DNA of 64,000 nucleotides from an uncultured Pseudomonadales bacterium (GTDB lineage: Bacteria; Patescibacteriota; Microgenomatia; UBA1400; UBA12028), in assembly GCA_964509365.1 (NCBI GenBank), contig CAZDWN010000003.1:6855-70854 (forward strand), read 5' to 3'. The translations under genes and the position numbers were made by a program. Below, one piece after another: positions 49,180-58,087 of the stretch. How positions within the stretch are numbered: position 1 is the first letter of the stretch; each line of letters starts with the position of its first letter. Under the pieces are notes generated by a model. It ran no database searches and had not been told where the DNA came from. It worked only from the letters and a program-made list of their open reading frames with translations.

Positions 49180-51294
49180 TCATGAGAGTTTTGCAATAGA
49201 GTCGCGGAGTTTGGCGGCCAATTCGAAGTTCCAATCTTTCGCCGCTTCATTCATCTTGCGAGTCAGCTGTTTGACCAATTTATTTCGGTCACTTGGCATT
49301 AAGTCTTCTGCTTTGATCCCTTCCAAATTGATCTTGGTTTTTTTATCGATTTGCACAGTATATTTTCGATTTGCCTCCGAATCTTCTTCTTCCTTTTTCT
49401 CTCGTTTGATCATTTGTTCACGAATTGGCTTGGTGATCGTAACCGGAGTGATGCCGTTGGCTTCGTTGAAAGCGAGTTGCTTCACACGACGTCGCTCAAT
49501 CTCATCGATGGCGCGTTGCATCGATCCGGTCACACGATCAGCGTAGAGGATAACATGACCTTCGTGGTGGCGTGCAGCGCGTCCCATGATCTGAATAAGC
49601 GATGACTCCGATCGCAAAAACCCTTCTTTATCTGCATCTAAGATCGCGACGAGTGTCACTTCAGGTAGATCTAGTCCCTCTCGAAGCAAATTGATTCCAA
49701 CGAGGACATCATAGACGCCACTTCGCAAATCATCGAGGATATCTGATCGATCCAGGGTGACGATATCAGAATGTAAGTACGCTACTTTCGGAAGCTTGGA
49801 ATCCAAATCAGGGACGACTTTTCGCATTTTATTTTCATCATTGAGGTAATCAGTCAATACTTCTGACATTCGCTTGGTGATGGTCGTGACGAGGACGCGT
49901 TGGCCTTTTGATGTGCGTAGGAAAATCTCACGGACCAAGTCTTCTATCTGTCCTTCACTCTTGCGGATATCGATCGTCGGTTCGATCAGCCCGGTCGGTC
50001 TGATGATTTGTTCGGCGACTTCGCCATCACTCATCGAAATCTCCCATGGGCTTGGAGTCGCACTGACATAAATCGTTTGATCCACTCGACGCTCAAATTC
50101 TTCAAATTTTAATGGACGATTATCAAGGGCAGATGGCAAGCGAAAACCGTAATCGATCAATGTTTTTTTTCGCGACTGGTCGCCATTGTACATACCGCGA
50201 ACCTGTGGAATGCTAATGTGAGACTCATCGACAACGGTGAGGAATGATCCATCGCCGAACGTCTTGGCATTTTCATGGAAGTATTCAAGCAAGGTGAACG
50301 GTGCATCTCCTGGCTGTCTCCCATCAAAGTATCTTGAGTAATTTTCGATGCCATTCACAAACCCGAGTTCACGGATCATATCTAGATCATAGTGAACTTT
50401 TTGTTCCAGCCGATACGCTTCGATGATTTTGTTTGCGCCTCGAAGTTCTGCCAATCGATTTTGTAAGTCTTGTTCGATGGCTGCAATTGCTTCAGGTTGC
50501 GAGACAGGGTCAGTCATGTAGTGCTTGGCTGGGTACAAGACGTACTTACGCGAGCCAATCGTACCGCTCATGCGATCTTTTTCAAGCACTGTCCCTTCGA
50601 TCTTGTTGCCGGTCAGCGGATCGATACGATCAATGCGTTCGATCTGGTTGCCGAGCATCGCTATTGAAAGTGCATTGTCCTCATAAGCTGGCCATACTTG
50701 GATATTTTCTCCACGGACGCGAAAATTCCCGCGCGCGAGATCGATATCATTTCGCTCGTACTGCAAATTCACCAATGAAGCCAAGATGCTTTGGCGTGAG
50801 ATGAGTTCTCCTTCCATCAATTGCAAGACATACTTCCCGTACTCGACAGGAGAACCCAAGTTGTAGATACACGAGACAGAAGCGACGACAATACAATCTG
50901 GTCTGGTCAAGAGGTTTGTTGTACTCGACAATCGCAACTTATCGATCTCATCGTTGATCTGTGTCTCCTTCTCAATATAGGTATCCGTACTGGGAATGTA
51001 GCTCTCAGGCTGGTAGTAGTCATAATACGAGACAAAGTAACTGACCGCGTTGTCAGGAAAGAAATCTCGGAATTCTTGGTACAGTTGAGCCGCGAGCGTC
51101 TTGTTATGAGCGATGACGAGAGTCGGTTTTTGAATTTTTTGGATGACATTTGCGATGGTAAATGTCTTGCCACTCCCAGTTACTCCGAGAAGAGTTTGAT
51201 GCTTTTTCCCGCTCATGTAGCCGGCAGAAAGCTGATCAATGCACTGAGGCTGATCTCCCAGGGGTTTGTATGGGGACTTGAGAGTAAATGGCAT
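49180..51294 (-). CDS. uvrB: Excinuclease ABC subunit B
   Basis: Start taken at MPFTLKSPYKP; GVTGSGKTFT Walker A, helicase motifs, C-terminal UVR domain. Confidence 0.9.
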   Translation of the reverse strand: MPFTLKSPYKPLGDQPQCIDQLSAGYMSGKKHQTLLGVTGSGKTFTIANVIQKIQKPTLVIAHNKTLAAQLYQEFRDFFPDNAVSYFVSYYDYYQPESYIPSTDTYIEKETQINDEIDKLRLSSTTNLLTRPDCIVVASVSCIYNLGSPVEYGKYVLQLMEGELISRQSILASLVNLQYERNDIDLARGNFRVRGENIQVWPAYEDNALSIAMLGNQIERIDRIDPLTGNKIEGTVLEKDRMSGTIGSRKYVLYPAKHYMTDPVSQPEAIAAIEQDLQNRLAELRGANKIIEAYRLEQKVHYDLDMIRELGFVNGIENYSRYFDGRQPGDAPFTLLEYFHENAKTFGDGSFLTVVDESHISIPQVRGMYNGDQSRKKTLIDYGFRLPSALDNRPLKFEEFERRVDQTIYVSATPSPWEISMSDGEVAEQIIRPTGLIEPTIDIRKSEGQIEDLVREIFLRTSKGQRVLVTTITKRMSEVLTDYLNDENKMRKVVPDLDSKLPKVAYLHSDIVTLDRSDILDDLRSGVYDVLVGINLLREGLDLPEVTLVAILDADKEGFLRSESSLIQIMGRAARHHEGHVILYADRVTGSMQRAIDEIERRRVKQLAFNEANGITPVTITKPIREQMIKREKKEEEDSEANRKYTVQIDKKTKINLEGIKAEDLMPSDRNKLVKQLTRKMNEAAKDWNFELAAKLRDSIAKLS

Positions 51295-51313
51295 GTTGCC
51301 TATTATCTCACAT

Positions 51314-51940
51314 CTACTGCGCGTTGTACGGTATCTCTGTGGAGAGACCGAGCACGGTGCGTTCTGTGGCAGAACACTCTTCTTTGATGGCAATAATCTT
51401 CTCTCTGATATCGAGTCGAGCTTGCGCTGCAGCATCTTTGCAAGCCTTCATCGCAGTCTGCACCTGAACGTAGTATTCTTTGAGCGTTGCTTGATAGGTC
51501 GTCATGGCTGCTTGTTTATCAGCTGCACTGAGTCCATCAAGGATGGGTCGTGAGGGACGAGGGTAGGAGACTTCAAGCGCTTTTGGACTGCAGATCGAAA
51601 GTGATGCGGATCCAGACGCGCGACTCGCAACTTCTAAGTTTCTAATATCCGCTGCACGAGTCTTGAGGCATTCCAATCTTGCCTTGCGAGCAGCATTCAT
51701 TTTCTCCTGGAATTGTCGCTTTGCTTCGGCACTGTTACTTGCAGTGTTGTTCACCTTATTCTCTCGCTTGAGGAGTTCTTTTTCTCGACTTTGCAAAACT
51801 CCAGAACCGCTGGCAAATGGAATCGTGATTTGCGAGGGCATTGGTCGCATCAAACTACTTGGTTCTTTCCCATAAATGGTAGTGGCGATTAAAGCGCCTA
51901 GTGACAACGTGACAGTAAGTGCGATGGCGATTTTTTTCAT
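51314..51940 (-). CDS. Hypothetical secreted coiled-coil protein
   Basis: Signal peptide MKKIAIALTVTLSLGALIA, helical and charged remainder; 20 nt upstream of uvrB. Confidence 0.4.
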   Translation of the reverse strand: MKKIAIALTVTLSLGALIATTIYGKEPSSLMRPMPSQITIPFASGSGVLQSREKELLKRENKVNNTASNSAEAKRQFQEKMNAARKARLECLKTRAADIRNLEVASRASGSASLSICSPKALEVSYPRPSRPILDGLSAADKQAAMTTYQATLKEYYVQVQTAMKACKDAAAQARLDIREKIIAIKEECSATERTVLGLSTEIPYNAQ

Positions 51941-52124
51941 AATTGAAGTCTAGCGTACCTTAATTGGTCAGTCATTTGCAAGTGGATGAAGTGGTCACGA
52001 ATAGTTGTATATAGTCAGATGTGTATTGTTCTAGTTGACGCTTCTTCGGTGTTTTGGGTATGTTAAGTGTAACGTTTGGTTATAGCACTTTTGTTTGTAT
52101 TTATTTATTAAAAAAGGAGAATTT

Positions 52125-52745
52125 ATGCCAATTACCCTATATAAACGCCAACGTCAGATCGTGGACTTTATCGCGCAATATATACAAAAGAATGGATTTT
52201 CCCCAACATTGCAGGAAATAGCTTCTGCGATTGGCGTCTCATCTTTGGCTACAGTGCACGAGCATATCGCTGCGTTAGTGCGAAAAGGAGTAATTAAGAA
52301 ATACGAAGGGACAGTCCGTGGTCTTGAACTTGTCGATCGAACTTTCTTACGACTCACCGATGCAGTCGATCTTCCCCTCTTGGGATTTATTGCCGCTGGC
52401 CAACCGATCCAACCATATACGGATCCAAATGCGACGTTTAAGGTCTCTCCAGAACTGGTGACTGGCAAGCGACGCGCCTACGTGCTTCAAGTAAAAGGTG
52501 ATTCCATGATCGAAGAAGGCATCCTTGATGGAGACTATGTCGTCATCGAAGAACAACAAGAAGTGGTGAACGGTGATATCGTCGTCGCTTTACTCGACAA
52601 TGGACTGGCGACATTAAAAAAGTTTTATAAGGAAGCCACTCGTATCCGATTGGAGCCTGCAAACTCAAAGATGCAGCCTATCTTTGCGACAAGAGTAAAA
52701 GTACAAGGGAAGTGTGTCGGTTTGATTCGCAAGTTCGCGGTCTAA
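52125..52745 (+). CDS. lexA: LexA repressor (S24 peptidase)
   Basis: N-terminal wHTH (FSPTLQEIASAIGVSS), Ala-Gly cleavage region, catalytic S in VKGDSMIEEGI and K in GLATLKK; AAGGAG RBS. Confidence 0.85.
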   Translation: MPITLYKRQRQIVDFIAQYIQKNGFSPTLQEIASAIGVSSLATVHEHIAALVRKGVIKKYEGTVRGLELVDRTFLRLTDAVDLPLLGFIAAGQPIQPYTDPNATFKVSPELVTGKRRAYVLQVKGDSMIEEGILDGDYVVIEEQQEVVNGDIVVALLDNGLATLKKFYKEATRIRLEPANSKMQPIFATRVKVQGKCVGLIRKFAV

Positions 52746-52757
52746 CCCACATCAAAT

Positions 52758-52790
52758 AAAAAAAGCTCCGGCAGACACCGGAGCTTTTTT
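52758..52790. terminator. Bidirectional intrinsic terminator between convergent lexA and mscS
   Basis: A7-GCTCCGG-loop-CCGGAGC-T7. Confidence 0.6.
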
Positions 52791-52804
52791 GAATTCAAAA
52801 GAAA

Positions 52805-53506
52805 TTAATCCTCTTTGCGCATGCGGTCATACCATTCGATCATCATGCGTTCCACGGTCAGTTTGCTTCCAAGACCAAAGGCAAGTCCGAGAGCCAAGGA
52901 GACAGCGATCACAAATCCAGTGAACAGGATCAAGATAAATTGTTGCGCAATCCCCAACTCACTGATCGCAGCCATCGAGGACAACACGATGATGAGATAC
53001 GATGCCACTTTACCGACGAGTCGTCCGGTATGCGGGTCGACGGATTTGATCAGTCCCTTTACGAAAGCCTCAGCGACACCAGCGATCAAGATCCCAAAGA
53101 TTAAGATCAAAAGCGCTGAGAAGATCTTTGGAATATAGAGAAGGACTTGATTGAGAAGATTTGAGGCAGTATCCAATCCAAGGACCGTCACAGCCGTGTA
53201 AATCACAAACAGCATCAAAATCCAGTAGACAATGTTACTGACGATCACTTCAGCCGTATTTTTGATCTCGGTATTGTGAAGGAACTGGCCAAGTGGAGTC
53301 TTTTCCAAGTTTGACGACAGTTGTAGACGTCGTAGCGAAGAAATGAGAATCCCGCGGATCGTGCGAGCGATTACCATCCCGATGATCACGACAAGAACAC
53401 TTCCCAAGAGTCTCGGGAGAAACACCACAATTTGGGTCACAAACGCAGACACGCTCGCGTTGAAAGTATCTTGCAGAGAGTACGTGGAGGTAGTTGGGTC
53501 AAACAT
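52805..53506 (-). CDS. Small-conductance mechanosensitive channel (MscS family)
   Basis: Three TM segments and an MscS beta-domain; start trimmed to MFDPTT so it does not run into the rnpB promoter. Confidence 0.65.
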   Translation of the reverse strand: MFDPTTSTYSLQDTFNASVSAFVTQIVVFLPRLLGSVLVVIIGMVIARTIRGILISSLRRLQLSSNLEKTPLGQFLHNTEIKNTAEVIVSNIVYWILMLFVIYTAVTVLGLDTASNLLNQVLLYIPKIFSALLILIFGILIAGVAEAFVKGLIKSVDPHTGRLVGKVASYLIIVLSSMAAISELGIAQQFILILFTGFVIAVSLALGLAFGLGSKLTVERMMIEWYDRMRKED

Positions 53507-53544
53507 ATACCCGTTATTGTGCCTCCAAACAAGGTATAATACAA

Positions 53545-53880
53545 GGGCTTGGGTACCGGGCAGTCGCCGCGTACATGAAAACTGTACGTGGAGGAAAGTC
53601 CAGACAGCAGGAAACAGGGTGCTTCGGTCAATACCGGAGGAGTATCGCAAGATACGACAGTTTCCGCCATAGGCGGACCAGCCTTTGGCTGGAGAGCAAC
53701 AGTGACGAACCGATTAAGTTCGGGTGAAACGGGCAATCCTCCCCGCTGCAACTGACGACCTTCACCATAATGGATGTTTCCCCTTCATCCTCGCGAAAGT
53801 GAGGATCTGGTGATAAAGACGCAGGCATGAGATAGATGATTGCACAAAGACAGAATCTGGCTTATAGGTACCCAAGCAAT
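53545..53880 (+). ncRNA. rnpB: RNase P RNA (type B-like)
   Basis: GGAGGAAAGTCCAGAC, ACAGTGACGAA, GGTGAAAC, GAGATAGATGATTGC, ACAGAATCTGGCTTATAG; P1 pairing GGGCTTGGGTACC...GGTACCCAAGC; TATAAT at 53535-53540. Confidence 0.75.
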
Positions 53881-53899
53881 TTTGATATACTGATTTCTC

Positions 53900-54898
53900 A
53901 TGTTTTTAACTACTCTTCTAGTGATTCTCTGTATCATTCTTACTGGGGCCGTATTGTATCTTGTGACAAAGAAACAAACGACTGACCCGACACTCATCGA
54001 ATGGCTAAAAGCGAGTCAACAACAGGCAGCAAACTCAAACACTCAAGTCACTCAGAGCATATCGATGCAGACACGAGAGATAAATGATCGACTCGCTCAT
54101 GCTGCATCTATCATTGGGGAACTCAAGCGAGAAGCCGGACAATTTTCTGAGATCGGTCGATCGATGAAAGAGCTGGATGCACTTCTCAAATCGCCAAAAA
54201 TACGGGGAAATTTGGGAGAGCGAGTACTGGCCGACCTCATCGGTCAGGTCTTCCCAAAGCAACATTTCTTTTTGCAACATCGGTTTAAGTCCGGAGTGAT
54301 CGTCGATGCAGCCATCCAAACAGACGCAGGCATCCTCTGCATTGATTCGAAGTTTCCGATGGAGCATTTCCAAGCCATGATCAAAGGCGAGACGCAAGGG
54401 GAGCGAGATTTCGCAAAGCGAGAGTTCTCTCGAGATGTCAAACGACATGTCGATGCTATCGCCGAAAAGTACATTTTGCCAGAAGAAGGGACAATGGATT
54501 TTGCGCTGATGTACGTGCCAAGTGAATCTGTTTTCTATGAGATCGCTTCCAGTGAGTCACTACTGGAGTATGCAAGTAATTTACGCGTCTACCCAGTCTC
54601 ACCGACGACGTTCTATGCACATCTGCAGACGATCATGTTATCATTCGAGGGAAAGAAAATAGAAACAAAAACCAAAGAAGCATTTAAATTGCTTCGAGGT
54701 GTCCAAAAAGACTACGAAAAATTTTCAGAGAATTTCAATACTCTTGGAAAACATTTGACGAATGCCCAAAATATGTATGGCACGTCATCGCAGTCATTGG
54801 GAGCGCTCGAGCGTGGCTTATCAAATATTCGTCAGCTCGCCTCGAGTGAGAGTGTAAATGCATTACCTGACATTGAGAAGAAAGGCATCGACTTATGA
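53900..54898 (+). CDS. rmuC: DNA recombination protein RmuC
   Basis: N-terminal TM, coiled-coil, C-terminal RmuC nuclease-like domain. Confidence 0.75.
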   Translation: MFLTTLLVILCIILTGAVLYLVTKKQTTDPTLIEWLKASQQQAANSNTQVTQSISMQTREINDRLAHAASIIGELKREAGQFSEIGRSMKELDALLKSPKIRGNLGERVLADLIGQVFPKQHFFLQHRFKSGVIVDAAIQTDAGILCIDSKFPMEHFQAMIKGETQGERDFAKREFSRDVKRHVDAIAEKYILPEEGTMDFALMYVPSESVFYEIASSESLLEYASNLRVYPVSPTTFYAHLQTIMLSFEGKKIETKTKEAFKLLRGVQKDYEKFSENFNTLGKHLTNAQNMYGTSSQSLGALERGLSNIRQLASSESVNALPDIEKKGIDL

Positions 54899-55518
54899 TA
54901 TTACCTCACTTTGACTTGATTGAACTCATCCAAACTACTGGCTATGTCGGACTCTTTAGCATCATCTTTGCGGAATCAGGTCTCTTTTTTGGATTCTTTC
55001 TACCTGGAGACAGTTTGTTGTTTACAGCAGGATTGCTTGCATCCCAAGGTTACTTCCATTTGTGGGTACTTGTGCCTTTGCTCGTCGCCGCTGCTGTCTT
55101 GGGTGACAATGCTGGATATTGGACAGGAAAAAAATTAGGTACGTGGTTGATGCATCAAAAGGACTCGTTTTTCTTCAAGAAACGCTACCTCACGGATGCA
55201 CAGCACTTTTATGAAAAGCATGGCGGGAAAGCCCTGATTCTCGCTCGTTTTATCCCAGCCGTGCGTACCTTTGCCCCGATCGCTGCAGGCATAGCTGACA
55301 TGCATTACGACAAATTTTTCTTCAACAACATCATTGGCGGGACCTTGTGGGCCGCTGGGATGACGATAGGGGGATACTTTTTAGGAAGAGTGATTCCAAA
55401 TGCAGATAAGTATCTCCTTCCGATCATTGCTGTCATCGTCGTCGTCTCACTGATCCCCGCAGTGATCCACATGCGCGGCAGTAAGGATCACAAACTCGAT
55501 CCTAGAGATATTGTGTAA
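54895..55518 (+). CDS. DedA/VTT-domain membrane protein
   Basis: FAESGLFFGFFLPGDSLLFTAGLLA and RFIPAVRTFAPIAAG motifs. Confidence 0.8.
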   Translation: MILPHFDLIELIQTTGYVGLFSIIFAESGLFFGFFLPGDSLLFTAGLLASQGYFHLWVLVPLLVAAAVLGDNAGYWTGKKLGTWLMHQKDSFFFKKRYLTDAQHFYEKHGGKALILARFIPAVRTFAPIAAGIADMHYDKFFFNNIIGGTLWAAGMTIGGYFLGRVIPNADKYLLPIIAVIVVVSLIPAVIHMRGSKDHKLDPRDIV

Positions 55519-56356
55519 GGCTTTCTTGCAGTGAGACCTGCGATGGAAATTGAGTAACCAATGTTCCTTTTGAGAGATTTGGCACCGCTTCATGATAGGG
55601 TACTGACTGTGTGTTTTCATACAGCACCCCGATATGTAACTTTTCAGTATCAAGTGAGAGTCGAATTGCTTCCATACGATCGGTCTTATCTCTTGCGTCA
55701 TCCAAGACATTCAATCTCTCGTTGTACCAAGCGTGTGTATTCTGTTTATTAAACGTCACGCATGGTTGGAACGTATCAACAACTGAAAATCCTTTGTGAT
55801 TGATCGCTCGCTTGATAAGATCCGCAGTCACCGGAATATTCCCAGCATACCCTCGGGCGACAAAGGTAGCTCCGGCGGAGACTGAGATCGCGATTGGATT
55901 TACCGGTACTTCCACTTGACCAGTTGGGGTGGACTTGGTTTTCCAGCCTGCTGGTGTCGTCGGCGCAGCTTGTCCCGTCGTCAATCCATACACTTGGTTG
56001 TCGTGAACGATCAACGTAATATCGTGATTCCCACGGCAAGCAGCAATAAAATGCCCCATGCCTTCACCGTACGTATCGCCATCACCAGCAATGACAATCA
56101 CTTTTAAGTTGTGATTGGCAAGCTTGATTGCTTCGGCATTTGTGAGGCCACGTCCGTGCAATGCGTGAAATCCATAGCAACGAATGAAGTCTGCCATGTT
56201 ACCTGAACAGCCGACTCCGAACACAATAACGAGTTGTTCTTCAGGGATATTCGATTCAACCAATGCTTTTTTGATCGCACTCCAAATGCCATAGTCACCG
56301 CAGCCAGGGCACCACGTCGGGAAGTTTGGAGATTTGAGAGTGTCGTTTGTCGTCAT
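55502..56356 (-). CDS. 2-oxoacid:ferredoxin oxidoreductase, beta (TPP-binding) subunit
   Basis: N-terminal WCPGCGDYGI cysteine motif; TPP-binding GDGD..YGEGM. Confidence 0.85.
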   Translation of the reverse strand: MTTNDTLKSPNFPTWCPGCGDYGIWSAIKKALVESNIPEEQLVIVFGVGCSGNMADFIRCYGFHALHGRGLTNAEAIKLANHNLKVIVIAGDGDTYGEGMGHFIAACRGNHDITLIVHDNQVYGLTTGQAAPTTPAGWKTKSTPTGQVEVPVNPIAISVSAGATFVARGYAGNIPVTADLIKRAINHKGFSVVDTFQPCVTFNKQNTHAWYNERLNVLDDARDKTDRMEAIRLSLDTEKLHIGVLYENTQSVPYHEAVPNLSKGTLVTQFPSQVSLQESLTQYL

Positions 56357-58059
56357 ATCGTTTTTATTTCTTCCAAAATTTCTTCTGCATAGAATGGTCT
56401 TCCGTCGTATCGATTGATCCGATGCTCAAACGTGATGCCAGTTTCTTTTTTGATGTGCATCTCAGCTTGACGCTGCATATTCTCTTCAACCATCACCAAT
56501 TTCTTCGCTTGCGAAGCGAGGGCTTTGAATTCTTCGGCTTTAAACGGCATCATCGTCATGATGTGAATGATATTGGCATTGGTGTGTTTGATGACTTCTT
56601 CCAGTGCAAGTCGTGTACTGCCCCAACATACAAACGTCATATCTGCATCCTCAGGACCGATACGGACAGGACCAGGCACTTCAGAGAGAATGCCAGTGAG
56701 TTTACGCATGCGTTTCTCGACCATTTTTTTTGCAGTGGGCCCATCTTCAGTTGCCCATCCATACTCGTCGTGCTCATAACTATTGGTCAACCCAAGTCCA
56801 TGTGGCTGTCCCGGAATACTTCGAGGAGAAAATCCTTCTGCTGTATCTGTAAAACGTCGGTATGAGTTATCTTCCGGTAAGGCTTCTGGTGCAAATGAGT
56901 AACGTTGATTGGAATACTCACTTGGCAACTTGCTTTGCTCTACAGTCATGCGAGATTCAAGCAAGAGCTTATCCGAGATGATGTAGGCTTGTGTGTGATA
57001 TTTCTCAGTCAATAAAAATGCGAGTCTGGTGAGTTTAAAGCTCTCTTCAAGATTTCCTGGAGTAAAGACAATTTTTGGAAATTCACCGTGGCCAGCATAC
57101 ATCACAAATGATAAATCAGTTTGCGAGGTCCACGTCGGAAGACCCGTGGCCGGACCCGGACGACCGCCGACAACTGCGACAAGTGGCAGCTCCATCACAC
57201 CAGCAAGAGACACTCCTTCAACCATCAATGCAAATCCTCCACCTGCTGATCCCGTCATCGAGCGAGCACCACTGTAGGACGCGCCGATGACATTGTTGAT
57301 GGCAGCAATCTCATCTTCTGCGTGTTTGACCACAAGAGGATATTTTTCCTGCGCATCTGCCATAAATGTCATCAAGGTGGACGTCGGTGTCATGGGGTAC
57401 GCACTAAAGTACTGGACTCCTGCAGACAGTGCCCCCAGTCCGATCGCTTCTGAGCCATTCATGAGATACGTCGTCCCTTTAGTCGGTGTACTTGTGTCTT
57501 GACCAGGAGTTTCTGCTTTTGTCACAAACGCAAAGCCTGCAGTCGCAGCTCGAATATTTTCATCGACGACTTCATCACCTTTGCGACCAAAAAAAGATCG
57601 GATGACATCATGAAGCACTGTTTGATCAAGTCCAAACACGTGACACGAAATAGCCAGCGCCACCATGTTTGATGCTAATGATTTCCCCGTTTGTTCGCGG
57701 GAGATTTGTACCATCGGCACTGCCATGATCTGTTCTGGTTTGATCGAAGGATATTTTGAAAAATCAATTTTGTCGTCTTGGGTATCGACGATGAAGCGAG
57801 TCTTGTCATCAAACTCATCCAAATGAAGTTTAATAGCATCTTCATTCATGACGATCATGACATCGACAGTTTTCTTTTGGCAAAAGATGGATTCACCTGC
57901 GTGAACTTGTCCGCCAGTATGACCGCCCCGAATCAGGGAAGGGTACTCGCTGTACTCAAATACTTGCAGTCCAGCACGCTGGCAAATTTTTGACATGAGA
58001 AAACTCGTGGCAGCAATGCCTTCTCCAGCTCGTCCAGCAATTTTCCAATTCAGTTCCAT
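56353..58059 (-). CDS. 2-oxoacid:ferredoxin oxidoreductase, fused gamma-alpha subunit
   Basis: N-terminal gamma-type domain (AGRAGEGIATS...YPSLIRGGHT) followed by an alpha pyrimidine-binding domain; overlaps the beta gene. Confidence 0.85.
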   Translation of the reverse strand: MELNWKIAGRAGEGIAATSFLMSKICQRAGLQVFEYSEYPSLIRGGHTGGQVHAGESIFCQKKTVDVMIVMNEDAIKLHLDEFDDKTRFIVDTQDDKIDFSKYPSIKPEQIMAVPMVQISREQTGKSLASNMVALAISCHVFGLDQTVLHDVIRSFFGRKGDEVVDENIRAATAGFAFVTKAETPGQDTSTPTKGTTYLMNGSEAIGLGALSAGVQYFSAYPMTPTSTLMTFMADAQEKYPLVVKHAEDEIAAINNVIGASYSGARSMTGSAGGGFALMVEGVSLAGVMELPLVAVVGGRPGPATGLPTWTSQTDLSFVMYAGHGEFPKIVFTPGNLEESFKLTRLAFLLTEKYHTQAYIISDKLLLESRMTVEQSKLPSEYSNQRYSFAPEALPEDNSYRRFTDTAEGFSPRSIPGQPHGLGLTNSYEHDEYGWATEDGPTAKKMVEKRMRKLTGILSEVPGPVRIGPEDADMTFVCWGSTRLALEEVIKHTNANIIHIMTMMPFKAEEFKALASQAKKLVMVEENMQRQAEMHIKKETGITFEHRINRYDGRPFYAEEILEEIKTI

Positions 58060-58087
58060 AGAGGTACCTTATTCTAACCGCCAGCGA

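Noticed and set aside
51941-52124. Candidate LexA box upstream of lexA (GTAAC-N5-GTTAT; TTGTTC...)
   Set aside because: Only imperfect palindromes, and no match to the uvrA-upstream inverted repeat or to CGAAC-N4-GTTCG or CTGT-N8-ACAG consensus; insufficient support.
53437-53751. ORFs on both strands (104 aa and 77 aa) across 53.4-53.8 kb
   Set aside because: The region is fully explained by the RNase P RNA gene; ORFs inside structured RNAs are expected by chance.
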